This document shows positions 1 through 9,621 of a stretch of DNA of 64,000 nt, in pieces. Both the position numbers and the translations under genes were made by a program. The DNA lies in the NCBI GenBank assembly GCA_963667845.2, contig CAXXVL010000002.1:2464001-2528000 (forward strand), given 5' to 3'. This DNA is from Smithellaceae bacterium (GTDB taxonomy: Bacteria; Desulfobacterota; Syntrophia; Syntrophales; Smithellaceae). The notes below the pieces were generated by a model. That model had not been told where the DNA came from. It was given only the letters and a program-made list of their open reading frames with translations, and searched no databases. Numbering within the stretch: position 1 is the stretch's first letter; every line of letters starts with the position of its first letter.

Positions 1-818
1 TGACCAACGAAAATGCTCTCCATGTCCTGGACTTTGAGCGGGCATCCGATGTTGTAAAAACAGCTTCACAAATCGGCGTTGGCGTCTGCTATTGCCGGCA
101 CAAGATGGAACATGTAGGCCAAAATTGCGGCGCGCCGATGGATATTTGCATGACGTTCAATGGCACTGCCGAATCATTGGTCCGCCATGGAGTTGCCAGA
201 AAGGTTGATGCAGCAGGGGGGCTGGATTTGTTGGCTAAGGCGCAGGATTTTAACCTCGTCCAGTTTGGAGAAAATGTTCAGGAAAGAGTAAACTTTATCT
301 GCAATTGCTGCGGTTGCTGCTGCGAAGCTTTAATTGCGATGAGGAAATTCGGCTTTTTAAATCCCGTTCACACAACGAATTTCATACCCCAAATCAATGA
401 CGCCGCCTGCACCGGCTGCGGCAAATGCGTGTCGCTTTGCCCGGTGGAGGCGATGACGCTGGTCACAGCCAGTGATCCGCGCAAACCGGGAAAAAAGAAG
501 GCCAAGCTTGATGCCGATCAATGCCTCGGCTGTGGTGTGTGCCTGAAAGGCTGCACAGTTTCCGCCCTGGAATTAAAATCGCGCGCCGAACGGGTTATCA
601 CACCGGTCAATTCAGTTCATAGAGTTGTTCTCATGGCCATTGAGCGGGGAAAGTGTCAAAATCTTCTGTTTGATAATCAGGCATTCTTAAGCCATCGGGT
701 CATGGCTGCCGTGTTGGGCGTTATTCTTAAACTCCCACCCGCAAAACAGATACTGGCGAGCAAACAGTTTAAATCAAGGTATCTTGTAGCTTTGATAAAG
801 CATGCGACGCAGAAATAG
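1..818 (+). CDS. 4Fe-4S dicluster ferredoxin-like protein (5'-truncated by window edge)
   Basis: Frame is open from position 3 (TNENALHVLDFERASDVVKTASQIGVGVCYCRHKM...). Contains ICNCCGCCC plus two CxxCxxCxxxC motifs (CTGCGKCVSLCP, CLGCGVCLKGC). Same family as 30127..31188. Confidence 0.85.
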   Translation, partial: TNENALHVLDFERASDVVKTASQIGVGVCYCRHKMEHVGQNCGAPMDICMTFNGTAESLVRHGVARKVDAAGGLDLLAKAQDFNLVQFGENVQERVNFICNCCGCCCEALIAMRKFGFLNPVHTTNFIPQINDAACTGCGKCVSLCPVEAMTLVTASDPRKPGKKKAKLDADQCLGCGVCLKGCTVSALELKSRAERVITPVNSVHRVVLMAIERGKCQNLLFDNQAFLSHRVMAAVLGVILKLPPAKQILASKQFKSRYLVALIKHATQK

Positions 819-885
819 GGCGGCTCCGGTGGAGATGACGGCCGGAGTCGAACAGCCGTGTGCCATGAAGATTCTGCTGAGGAGC

Positions 886-2295
886 TTATCTTAGCGGGAT
901 CAAAACACTCACCGTGGTGCCCTGCTTAGGACCGGGGCTCTCGGCGAAGACGGCGCCGCCATGCAGCGCCACCAGCTTCCGTGTCAGGGAAAGTCCCAGC
1001 CCCGTCCCCTGGAAGCGGCGGCTGGTCGAGCCATCCCCCTGCTCGAAGGGTTCGAAGATCCTCTCCAGGTCATCCCGTGGTATCCCGACCCCCGTGTCCG
1101 CCACGGCAATCTTAAGCCAGGGGCCATCTTCCCAGGTGACGGATGCCGGAAGCTCGTCCCCCTTGTGGTCCAGCCAACGACCTTCCTCCCGGCGCAAGAT
1201 TTCCCCGCTGACGATCACCCGCCCGCCGTCAGGGGTAAACTTCACCGCGTTGGACAGCAAGTTATTAAGGATCTGCTTGAACTTGCGCTCATCAACTCGA
1301 ATAGTGACGGGGAGACCGTCCAGTTTCGATTCCAGGGCAATACCCTCTTTGCGGGCACTCTCCCTGAACATGCTCATACTCTCGTCCATAAGCGTATGGA
1401 GCTTCACTATACCTGGTTCCAGTTCCATCCGTCCCGCCTCCACTTTGGCGAGATCCAGAACATCGCTGATGAGCACCAGAAGATGATTGCTGCTTTGGAG
1501 TATATCAGAGAGGTACTCATGCTGGGAGCGGTTGATCTCTCCCGCATGGCGGTTCACCAATAGCTCCGTAAATCCAATGATGGCGTTGAGGGGCGTACGC
1601 AGTTCATGGCTCATGTTCGCCAGGAACTGGGACTTGGCAAGGTTCGCCTGTTCGGCCTCATGCTTGGCCGTCTGGAGTTTCGCTTTTTCTTCCTCTATTA
1701 TTCGCTGTTTCTCCTTCACCTCGACTCGATGCCTTTCCCGGACCGACTCGTAGCCATAGGTGATAAGGGTAAGGGCGATAAGTGAGATAAGATAACGCAC
1801 CGCGTAGTCTGTCTCCAGGGGCACGGTATTGGTGACCTTCCCTTGAAGGACAAACAGAACAACGGCCACTGCGGTGAGGAAAATCAAATTCCAGAGCATT
1901 CCGGTAAGGGGGCCCAGTAGAAAAAAAAGGGCGATGGGAATGAGGTAGAGCCAAAACATCTCGTGCCAGCGAGTGGCGCTGTGGAGGAGCAGGTAGAGGA
2001 GTAAAAAACCTGTCCAGCCAAGATTCACCTTGATCAGGGTTTCGATCTGCCGCTGCGTTTTCCCGAAAAAGAAGCTGAACGTATAAATGACGGCGGTGCC
2101 AAATTCGAGAAACCCGTTGGTGAGATTTCCATGGATCAGGTTTCGTGTGCCGTAGAGATAGAGAACGGGAGCGGCCACGAGGACGGCAAAGCCGGAAGCC
2201 AGCCGCCGGGATCGCTCGTCGGGGTCCAGGGAGGACGGAACAAAGAACCGGTTGATCGCCTCGAGTATTCTTCCTGCCAAAAGTTGTGGGCTCAT
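886..2295 (-). CDS. Membrane-bound sensor histidine kinase
   Basis: N-terminal multi-TM region; H-box [19 protein letters not shown]-box [11 protein letters not shown]1 DTGVGI; G2 GTGLGL. Confidence 0.92.
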   Translation of the reverse strand: MSPQLLAGRILEAINRFFVPSSLDPDERSRRLASGFAVLVAAPVLYLYGTRNLIHGNLTNGFLEFGTAVIYTFSFFFGKTQRQIETLIKVNLGWTGFLLLYLLLHSATRWHEMFWLYLIPIALFFLLGPLTGMLWNLIFLTAVAVVLFVLQGKVTNTVPLETDYAVRYLISLIALTLITYGYESVRERHRVEVKEKQRIIEEEKAKLQTAKHEAEQANLAKSQFLANMSHELRTPLNAIIGFTELLVNRHAGEINRSQHEYLSDILQSSNHLLVLISDVLDLAKVEAGRMELEPGIVKLHTLMDESMSMFRESARKEGIALESKLDGLPVTIRVDERKFKQILNNLLSNAVKFTPDGGRVIVSGEILRREEGRWLDHKGDELPASVTWEDGPWLKIAVADTGVGIPRDDLERIFEPFEQGDGSTSRRFQGTGLGLSLTRKLVALHGGAVFAESPGPKQGTTVSVLIPLR

Positions 2296-2458
2296 TGTCT
2301 GTACCGGTATACGCCTGGTCGGTTCTATTTTTTATCTGCCTTTGTTGGAAGCGTCCGCAATATTCATTTAATCTTTTTCCCCGGGCATTCGCCCGGCTGC
2401 GCTACTCGGGTCGAACCAGGTATAGGACAAGATGCGTTCGACGCACGCATGCTTGCCT

Positions 2459-2650
2459 TCAATCCTCATGGGCCTTTTTCCCGTAAACCCTCTCATATGC
2501 CCCGCAGTAAGGGCATACGCCGTTCTCGATATTCTTAACAAACCAATAAGCGATCCCGCGCTGCTTCTTCCTGGCATGCGAGCATACCGGGCATTCGACA
2601 CAGCGCTTAGCCATTTGTTTATCTTTTTCAGTGGCAGAAGTTGTTTTCAT
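2459..2650 (-). CDS. Small Cys-rich hypothetical protein (CxxCPxC ... CPxC), probable metal-binding
   Basis: 63-aa ORF with CVECPVC and CPYC; purine-rich GAGGA upstream. Confidence 0.65.
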   Translation of the reverse strand: MKTTSATEKDKQMAKRCVECPVCSHARKKQRGIAYWFVKNIENGVCPYCGAYERVYGKKAHED

Positions 2651-2731
2651 CGACGGTCTTATTTCCTCTTGCTAAGCGTAGCTGCGCCTTCATGCTTCTT
2701 TACAAACCGCAATTAAACCGATAAGATTTTG

Positions 2732-2818
2732 CTATTGCTGCACCAGTTCCACGCGCCGGTTTTTGGCTCGGCATTCTTCAGCCAGATTCGTACTTACCGG
2801 TCAATACGGCCCGGCACC
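2732..2818 (-). pseudogene. Remnant of the C-terminus of an OmpA-family (peptidoglycan-binding) gene
   Basis: Minus-strand translation GAGPY*PVSTNLAEECRAKNRRVELVQQ* matches the OmpA-like C-terminal motif (N..EEGRAKNRRVE). It has an internal TGA and no intact upstream frame. Confidence 0.65.
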
Positions 2819-3273
2819 AGATGATGGTCAGCATATAACCGCCCCGGCCTGCATCCACCTCAGAGGCGAGCTATGCCAGTTAAGACCACATATGATGTAT
2901 TTCATAGTTTAATCAATATACATATGCAATACAAGCATAAAAAAACTACGGGGTAATGAAATTACAGATTATGTGATATCCAAGGAGGCATATGGCGGGA
3001 CGTTATTCACTTATTAACTTTCTATTCATAACAATTATAACAACTTTATCTAAATCGTGATGAGGAAGGAAATCGTGGTCAAAACTTTATCCCTGACAAT
3101 ACAAATTAAGCAGGCCGGTAATGCTTACGATAAGGAGGCGTGGATTACCCGTTCCGGTTTTACATTTGAGCAGGTATGATAATTTTTCCTTGCAGTGTGA
3201 AGGCAAATGTTCTTTTATAAATAGCCAGTGTGATTTTTAAGGCGGCTCATCAATTGCAGGAGGTGGTTGCTCC

Positions 3274-3624
3274 ATGACGACAAAAATTTATGTCATTATC
3301 CTGGCTTCATCCTTTGTGTTGTTAATCCTGAACGCCATTATTAACGGCTTTCTCGAATCCTCGGCCAAATTTAACACGGATGCGATCGCTCCGGCGGTCA
3401 AAGTGTTCACGTTTGTTTTATTCTGCGCCATCGTCTTTTCGTTCATCCCGCTGGTCATCAAATTATTCATTTTCCTGCAGCATAAAATCGGCAACCAGGA
3501 TCTGACACTCGTCAAATTTTTACAAAACCATGAACAGATTGTCGTGTATTGTGCATGGGGGGTTTGTGCCCTCGGGTTGGCTATCTCACTGCCTTCGGCG
3601 ATCAAAGACGGCCTTTTCAAATGA
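3274..3624 (+). CDS. Hypothetical membrane protein (about 3 TM)
   Basis: Strong RBS AGGAGG upstream; three hydrophobic segments. Confidence 0.75.
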   Translation: MTTKIYVIILASSFVLLILNAIINGFLESSAKFNTDAIAPAVKVFTFVLFCAIVFSFIPLVIKLFIFLQHKIGNQDLTLVKFLQNHEQIVVYCAWGVCALGLAISLPSAIKDGLFK

Positions 3625-3679
3625 CGCCTGCCAAAAGACATTGGCCTGCAATTCCCAAGAACCACAGAGATGATCGATC

Positions 3680-3982
3680 ATGATGAAATGTCAACAATGC
3701 TGTAAAGACCTGGCCGAAGAAAATTTGATCGTTTCCATTTCCGGCAGCATCATGGGAGACGAATGCACGGATGCATACTACTTCTGCCCCGTCTGTAAGG
3801 TTTACTCCGTGGAGACCCGTTGGGACAATTTCACGGGAATAGAGACGTCCGGCACGTCAGTCCTTCTGTCTCAAGAAGAAGGAGATGTTATCGTTAACCG
3901 TATCAAAACCTGTGATACGCCATGGGATAAGAAGTGCCGCTGTGAGTCGCACCGCCGCCATTTCAACGATACCCTCGACTGA
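3680..3982 (+). CDS. Hypothetical Cys-rich, probably Zn-binding protein
   Basis: CQQC, CPVC and C-x7-CRCESH motifs in 100 aa. Confidence 0.7.
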   Translation: MMKCQQCCKDLAEENLIVSISGSIMGDECTDAYYFCPVCKVYSVETRWDNFTGIETSGTSVLLSQEEGDVIVNRIKTCDTPWDKKCRCESHRRHFNDTLD

Positions 3983-4071
3983 ACAGGCGGCAGACCGAAG
4001 AGGTTGCGTTTGCCGGATTTCATACCGGGCAGCATAACCATTTTTTATGAGCACAATGAGGAAAACGATTT

Positions 4072-4872
4072 GTGGTTAATGCTCAAAGCAAAAGCGGGTA
4101 CCGCATGATATACATAACATTATTATTTTTATTTGCTGTTCTCGTTCTGGCGGCCGTCTTTTTCGACAGGATCAGCTCTTTGTCGATGTTTGGCTCTTTG
4201 CCCGCGGCAAAGGTGAAAATAACGATCATTGTTCTTGCCGTCATCTGTCTTATAGCCGCGATTCTGGTTTATACAAGCGATGCGTCCCGCAAATATCTTC
4301 AGGCAAGCCAGGATTACGCTCAATCACAGGGCTGGAGCTTTTCCCGCGATGATACGCAGGGGCTCAAGACCGGGGCTGAAGCATTGTTCTTCGAAGACCT
4401 GTTCAACCTATCCAACGTTCGGACTGTCGAAACCGGAAAAAAGCAAATTTACCTGTTTGACTGTACATACCGGCGGCGAAATGCGCCCGCCCGGTCCAAC
4501 CAGAGCAGCCGGGGTCTGGCCTGTATGATTGTGTCGGACAGGTTTAAATCGATTATGGCCCCCGTGCTGATATATTCGCGTCAATGGGTTATAGGGATGA
4601 ATGACGATAGGGTGGAAATCAAGACAATGCCTTTTGCCGATCAGTTCGCCGTTTTTTCAAAAGACCCTGCCGCGGCAAAAGCAATAGTCAATCATGCGCT
4701 TCAGTCCGTCATTTATGAACTTGAGGGAAAATCCGCCTTTCTGCCGGTGCAGATTGCCGTCGGTCCGGGCGGCGCTATGGTGATTGCCGGGGTCAGCACT
4801 CCGTCGACTGAACCGTCCGATATACAGGAGATGATTTCTCTGATCCGTCGTATTGAATCGGTAATGCCGTGA
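4072..4872 (+). CDS. Hypothetical membrane-anchored protein (2 N-terminal TM, soluble C-terminal domain)
   Basis: Long ORF with two hydrophobic helices. Start is GTG 4072 or ATG 4105. Confidence 0.7.
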   Translation: MVNAQSKSGYRMIYITLLFLFAVLVLAAVFFDRISSLSMFGSLPAAKVKITIIVLAVICLIAAILVYTSDASRKYLQASQDYAQSQGWSFSRDDTQGLKTGAEALFFEDLFNLSNVRTVETGKKQIYLFDCTYRRRNAPARSNQSSRGLACMIVSDRFKSIMAPVLIYSRQWVIGMNDDRVEIKTMPFADQFAVFSKDPAAAKAIVNHALQSVIYELEGKSAFLPVQIAVGPGGAMVIAGVSTPSTEPSDIQEMISLIRRIESVMP

Positions 4873-4889
4873 TATGTGAAAGAGTGAGA

Positions 4890-4912
4890 AAATGGGGACA
4901 GGTACGATTATT
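4890..4912 (+). repeat. Left copy of a 23-bp imperfect direct repeat flanking the ATPase gene
   Basis: AAATGGGGACAGGTACGATTATT; 17/23 identical to 6181..6203. Confidence 0.5.
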
Positions 4913-4948
4913 TGTGCCGGCCGGGATATGGAGAACCGCTTTTTGCAC

Positions 4949-5001
4949 TACTAGACATGTCTAGCAATTATACTAGACATGTCTAGTAAATTGTGTATAA
5001 T
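4949..5001 (+). promoter_or_regulatory. Tandem palindromic operators overlapping a sigma70-like promoter
   Basis: CTAGACATGTCTAG at 4951-4964 and TACTAGACATGTCTAGTA at 4971-4988, both perfect palindromes. TAGACA (4974-4979) is followed by a 16-bp spacer and TATAAT (4996-5001). Confidence 0.7.
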
Positions 5002-5007
5002 GCGTCC

Positions 5008-6165
5008 ATGGCCAAGATATACGAAAGATCATTTGTGGCGCAGTTGGAACAGCGCGTTTCAACAGGGCAGCCTCTTATTCAGGTTCTGATGGGCCCCCGT
5101 CAGGTTGGCAAAACAACCGGAGTAAAACAACTTCTCTCCCGCTATTCGGGGAGCGCCCATTATGCCAATGCGGATGATATTTTAAATGCTGATCACACTT
5201 GGCTGATGGAGCAGTGGCAGAAGGCATTGCTTCTCGGCAAAAAGACTCTTCTGGTCATAGATGAAATTCAAAAAGTGCCCAATTGGTCGGAGACGGTTAA
5301 GTCCCTGTGGGATAAGTCTCCCAAAGCGCTGCGTGTGATTCTTTTGGGTTCAAGTTCCTTGCAGCTGCAAACAGGTTTGACGGAAAGTCTGGCCGGCCGT
5401 TTTGAGTTAATAAGGACTTATCAGTGGATTTATGATGAGTTGAAAAGTGCTTTTAAATATGATCTCAACCGCTATCTGACTTACGGCGGTTATCCCGGCG
5501 CCGTCATCTATGAGAATGATTTTGATCGCTGGTATTCGTATCTGAAAGATTCCATTATCGAAGCGGTTGTCGGTAAGGACATTCTGCTCAACAGGAAGGT
5601 GGGTAATCCCGCCTTGTTTCGCCAGGCCTTTGAAATTCTTTCCCGCTATCCGGCACAGGAGATAAGTTACACGAAGTTGCTGGGGCAGCTTCAGGATAAG
5701 GGTAATACGGATCTGGTTAAATATTATGTTGAGCTTTATTCCGGTGCGTTTCTCATTCATCCTTTGGGTAAATATTCGGCAAAAAGTGATTTGACACGAG
5801 GCTCGAGCCCCAAGATGCTGATTTCCTGTCCGGCGTTATTTACAATGCACGAAGGTCCGCAAGTTCTCGGCGATCATGAGAAACGGGGAAGGATTTTCGA
5901 GAACGCGGTAGGCATCAGGCTTTTACAATTGCCGGGCGATCTGTACTACTGGCGCGAAAAGCAAAAAGAAGTTGATTTCGTTTATCAGTATCAGGGGCAA
6001 CTCTATGCGGTCGAGGTCAAATCCGGTCGCCGCAAATTGTCATCGGGACTAAATGCTTTCCTTGAGCAGTTTCCGAAAGCGCATCCCGTGATTGTTACGC
6101 TGGATAACTTTGCCGTATTTTCAGAAAATCCGCGTATTTTTTTAGACACGGTTACTATGAAATAG
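5008..6165 (+). CDS. AAA+ ATPase (AAA_14) with DUF4143/PD-(D/E)xK-like C-terminal domain
   Basis: Walker A GPRQVGKTT, Walker B VIDEIQK, GSSSL, ESLAGR, YGGYP, C-terminal EVDFV...AVEVKSG. ATG 5008 chosen as start. Confidence 0.9.
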   Translation: MAKIYERSFVAQLEQRVSTGQPLIQVLMGPRQVGKTTGVKQLLSRYSGSAHYANADDILNADHTWLMEQWQKALLLGKKTLLVIDEIQKVPNWSETVKSLWDKSPKALRVILLGSSSLQLQTGLTESLAGRFELIRTYQWIYDELKSAFKYDLNRYLTYGGYPGAVIYENDFDRWYSYLKDSIIEAVVGKDILLNRKVGNPALFRQAFEILSRYPAQEISYTKLLGQLQDKGNTDLVKYYVELYSGAFLIHPLGKYSAKSDLTRGSSPKMLISCPALFTMHEGPQVLGDHEKRGRIFENAVGIRLLQLPGDLYYWREKQKEVDFVYQYQGQLYAVEVKSGRRKLSSGLNAFLEQFPKAHPVIVTLDNFAVFSENPRIFLDTVTMK

Positions 6166-6180
6166 GCCCGGAATGGGAAA

Positions 6181-6203
6181 TAATCGGGACAGGTTCATTT
6201 AAT
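6181..6203 (+). repeat. Right copy of the 23-bp imperfect direct repeat flanking the ATPase gene
   Basis: TAATCGGGACAGGTTCATTTAAT; shares the GGGACAGGT core with 4890..4912. Confidence 0.5.
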
Positions 6204-6400
6204 GCTGGACCGCGTCGGATTGTGGCTGGTTCGGCAATAGTTACTGATACAGTTGCAGAGTCCATTTTGCCAAATCATGAATGTGCTTGTCGCTATCGTG
6301 TTTGTCTCTCAAGGGAGCCTCTGTTTCAATGGCGCGGGATACAGGAAATAAGGTATAGTCGGGCTCATTAATATTAAAATAATTTAAAAGGAGAAAATAT

Positions 6401-7210
6401 ATGCTGCAAATGGATCTCAACACACTATTTTCATTACAGGGTAAAGTTGCTCTGGTCACCGGCGGATCACGGGGAATCGGTAAAATGATCGCCCAGGGCC
6501 TGCTGCAGGCCGGCGCAAAAGTTTATATCACGGCAAGAAAGAAAGCGGCCTGCGAAGAAGCGGCGCGTGAGCTTTCCGTTTTTGGCCCGTGCATTGCCAT
6601 CGCATCCGATATCGGCACGCCCGAAGGCCGAGCGGCGCTTCTGCAGGCCTTTGGCCAAAAAGAAGATAAGCTCCACATTTTGATCAACAATGCCGGCACA
6701 AACTGGGGTGCGGAATTTGACAAATATCCGGACGAGGCCTTTGAGAAAGTCCTTCATCTGAATGTCAGCGCCATATTTTCCATGACCCGGGATTTTATCT
6801 GTTTGCTCGAGCGCGCGGCGACTGCCGAAGATCCGGGCCGCGTGATCAATATCGGCTCCATGGACGGCCTCCATATCCCGACGGTCTCCCATACCGGCAC
6901 CTTTGCCTATACATCGAGCAAAGCGGCGGTGCATCATCTGACCCGGAATCTGGCGGTAACGCTCGCTCCGCGCCACATCACCGTGAACGCCATCGCGCCC
7001 GGCTTTTTTCCGAGCAAGATGACGGAATACGTCTTCGGCGAGCATCTGGCGGATATCGAAGAAAACAGCCTGGAGAAGCGAGTCGGAAAACCCGAGGAAA
7101 TGGCCGCTGTCGCCATTTATCTGTGCTCCAAAGGCGGCGCCTACACCAACGGTGCAGTGATTCCCGTGGATGGCGGAACCTCCATCAACCACCAGCATGT
7201 GAGATTTTAG
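6401..7210 (+). CDS. Short-chain dehydrogenase/reductase (SDR)
   Basis: TGGSRGIG, NNAG, catalytic YTSSK; RBS AAGGAG. Confidence 0.93.
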   Translation: MLQMDLNTLFSLQGKVALVTGGSRGIGKMIAQGLLQAGAKVYITARKKAACEEAARELSVFGPCIAIASDIGTPEGRAALLQAFGQKEDKLHILINNAGTNWGAEFDKYPDEAFEKVLHLNVSAIFSMTRDFICLLERAATAEDPGRVINIGSMDGLHIPTVSHTGTFAYTSSKAAVHHLTRNLAVTLAPRHITVNAIAPGFFPSKMTEYVFGEHLADIEENSLEKRVGKPEEMAAVAIYLCSKGGAYTNGAVIPVDGGTSINHQHVRF

Positions 7211-7251
7211 GCGGTTAATCGAGAGGGATGAGGGTAATCGAATAATTAAGG

Positions 7252-7290
7252 AAACCCCGCTTATCGAAAGAAAGCGGGGTTTTTTATTTT
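7252..7290 (+). terminator. Rho-independent terminator after the SDR gene
   Basis: Stem AAACCCCGCTT / AAGCGGGGTTT followed by a T-run. Confidence 0.75.
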
Positions 7291-7392
7291 GGCGAATTCA
7301 GGAGACATTACTTTTGACGAATCTGCTGCCCGATGATCTCTTTCCCGCAAATATCTATGAGCTCCTTCGCTCGATAAGCCGTGCAGGATTTT

Positions 7393-7478
7393 TCGACCGT
7401 TCCGTGGATTATACGTTGTGACCGATCCGTTACCTAGCCATGACGATGGTTCTCACCATAGGGTGGATTTTTTGCCAT
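7393..7478 (-). pseudogene. Decayed small basic protein of the type found downstream of XRE-ImmA/IrrE pairs
   Basis: MAKNPPYGENHRHG*VTDRSQ then, after a 1-nt shift, TYNPRNGR. Resembles, from memory, the ~55-aa MAxNPPxGDxxRxGxVRDRSQTYNP family; has a premature TAG and a frameshift. Confidence 0.5.
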
Positions 7479-7513
7479 AATAGTTCACACCCGTATTAAT
7501 ACTTTTGAGTTTG

Positions 7514-8145
7514 TTACAATACAGGCGGCCATAAACCTTCTCTTTCAACTCGTCTTTTTATTACATCAGCGGAAACACCAAACGGCTTGCAAATCATTGG
7601 TGAAACTCTTGATAAAACGGCATCGGGATCATTGGCTAAAAATTCAGTCAGATTATTCTCTTTAATAATTGCTGCCGACTGATCGATAGCGGAAACCAAT
7701 TCTGAATGCGGAACTAAAAGTCTGCCAGCAAATTCATTAGCTTGCCACTCAAAGTTGCTATATTCACTTTCCGACACATTAAGAATAAAATTTTTCCACG
7801 AGGCTGGATCTACCAGATCAAACGCCGCGAATATCTCTTTGTGAAGGAAAAAGTGACCCAGTTCGTGCGCAAAGGAAAATCTTATCCTGTTGGCATGTTT
7901 CTCATTCATGTAAAAATCATAATCAACGACAATGGCCGTCAAATCCATTTTAAGATAGGCGTCCATGTCAGTTGAGGAAAAAAGCCCATGTTTGGGCTCT
8001 GGAAGGAGGTTAAGCCGAAATCAACAATTTTTTCTATATCTACAGGCAATGTGCCTTCCGGCCAATAAGTTTTTCGTACTTGATCAGCAATAGACCAGAG
8101 CTCACTTTTGTCAATCCATGTACATCTGAACTCGCCGGATTCCAA
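7514..8145 (-). pseudogene. ImmA/IrrE-family metallopeptidase, frameshifted
   Basis: ORFs 7939..8145 and 7514..7966 join into one protein (...PVDIEKIVDF-RLNLLPEPKHGLFSSTDMDAYLK...) if one base is restored in the A-run at about 8018-8020. Contains RFSFAHELGH (HExxH) and EWQANEFAGRLLVP. Confidence 0.8.
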
Positions 8146-8148
8146 TCG

Positions 8149-8511
8149 TTAATCCTCCTTTTTAATCATATCAATCAGTTTATCCAATTCTTCAGCTGTC
8201 GGCTTATCGCTTCGCATGGTACGAAAGAACATAGGCAAGGCTTTTAAAACTTGTTCATCCGAACGAATGTCTTCAGGAATAATGCCTGCATCGATATTGG
8301 CCAGATCTTTCATCTCCTTCCAGGTGTCCGATCCAATTTTGATGCTTAAAGCACGCCCGATCTTTTTTAGTTTTTCCTCATCCTGCGGTGGTGCTAGTAA
8401 GCCCCGTTCGACTTTGCTCCAATTGCTGGCGTCCATTTCAACTTGTTTGCAAAACTCCCTAAGGCTTATTTCTTTTTTCATTCTTAATTCTTTAATAAAT
8501 TCTCCATACAT
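8149..8511 (-). CDS. XRE-family helix-turn-helix transcriptional regulator
   Basis: MYGEFIKELRMKKEISLREFCKQVEMDASNWSKVERG. GGAGG RBS before ATG 8511. Confidence 0.88.
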   Translation of the reverse strand: MYGEFIKELRMKKEISLREFCKQVEMDASNWSKVERGLLAPPQDEEKLKKIGRALSIKIGSDTWKEMKDLANIDAGIIPEDIRSDEQVLKALPMFFRTMRSDKPTAEELDKLIDMIKKED

Positions 8512-8562
8512 AAGCGCCTCCCTCAAGTTTTCTATCCCAAAATACAGTTGACTAAATAGCCA

Positions 8563-8618
8563 TGGTTTATTTATTACCACATGTGGTTTTATCATAACCA
8601 CGCGTATGGAGAAGTCAA
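8563..8618 (-). promoter_or_regulatory. Promoter of the XRE gene with two tandem TGGT-N9-ACCA operator-like sites
   Basis: Minus strand TTGACT-16bp-TATGAT. Sites at 8563-8579 and 8584-8600 (21-bp period); the second overlaps the -10. Confidence 0.55.
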
Positions 8619-8821
8619 GAGATATTATTGAAAGTAAACTCTTAGTGAACTCAGGTGAGCATCAAAGTTAGTTGGCGAATTCAGTGGGTGTTTCCCAGTC
8701 CTCCCGAACATCCTGAATTCGCCAAAATTCGATCGGAAACAGCCAAAAGTGATGAACTTCATCCTGACATGTGTTACAAATACAGCGGCAGATCAAATAA
8801 ACTGATTAAAGGAGACATGAA

Positions 8822-9430
8822 ATGAAGCATTACTTCAGGATGGTTTCAGTACTGGTTGGGATTATGATTCTGTTATTTGCAGCGCAGGTTCAGGCGGCAC
8901 GATATTACACCACCATGGAGCAGCAGCAGACGGCATCCGATGCGATAAAAGCAGCGACGGAGTTCAACATCCTGCCCATTGATTATAGTGCAATTGATCC
9001 GAAAGAGCTCGGCTATACCAATAATGACGAGTGGAACACCGATAAGAATTCCGTCGGGCCCGCTTTTGCCGAATCCTTTCCGCAGTTGCTGAAGGAAGCC
9101 AACTCGAATAAGAAAGTGGTCATGGTTAAAAAGACGGAAAAGTTGGACAAAGGCATCGTCGCCGAGGTGGCGGTGACAAAGATCATCCTCAACTGGAATG
9201 CCTGGACGGGCAGGCCCGATGAGTATATCTGCAAAATTACTTTTACCAATGCCGCCGACGGCAGGAAACTATTTGCCGGGACCGTTAATATCAACAGCCT
9301 GGCCGGCAATCCCTATGCATCGGGCTGGGGCAACAATTTCGGCCGCCGCATGCAGTCTGCTGCATTCAACATGGCCTGGGTGATCACCAAGATCATGGCG
9401 GAAGGTAAGGTGGAACCTGCCGATTATTGA
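8822..9430 (+). CDS. Exported hypothetical protein
   Basis: RBS AAGGAG; signal peptide ending AQVQA. Confidence 0.8.
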   Translation: MKHYFRMVSVLVGIMILLFAAQVQAARYYTTMEQQQTASDAIKAATEFNILPIDYSAIDPKELGYTNNDEWNTDKNSVGPAFAESFPQLLKEANSNKKVVMVKKTEKLDKGIVAEVAVTKIILNWNAWTGRPDEYICKITFTNAADGRKLFAGTVNINSLAGNPYASGWGNNFGRRMQSAAFNMAWVITKIMAEGKVEPADY

Positions 9431-9621
9431 TGATCGGCATAGATAAAAAACCTGGAATCAAGTGGAGGACCGTTATGCAGGATTGCGCGCCGATCGATTA
9501 TTATCTGGTGCATATAGGAAGAATCGTGTAAAATCACAGTTACACGTATGAGTTTTGTCAGGCATGAGACAGTTGTGCAGGTAGTCCGGAGAGACATTCT
9601 TAAGAACCGATGAGGAGAAAG

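Larger units (their letters stand above)
7286..8728. mobile_element. Inverted-repeat-bounded cassette carrying XRE regulator and decayed ImmA/IrrE module (no transposase)
   Basis: Perfect 18-bp IR: ATTTTGGCGAATTCAGGA (7286-7303) and TCCTGAATTCGCCAAAAT (8711-8728). The interior looks AT-richer. No target-site duplication seen. Confidence 0.45.

Noticed and set aside
2801..2803. Selenocysteine readthrough of the TGA in the OmpA fragment
   Set aside because: There is no intact upstream reading frame and the position is not a redox motif; simple decay is more likely.
3274..4872. Integron cassette array
   Set aside because: The genes are short and co-oriented, but I found no convincing attC (RYYYAAC...GTTRRRY with internal dyad) between them and no integrase.
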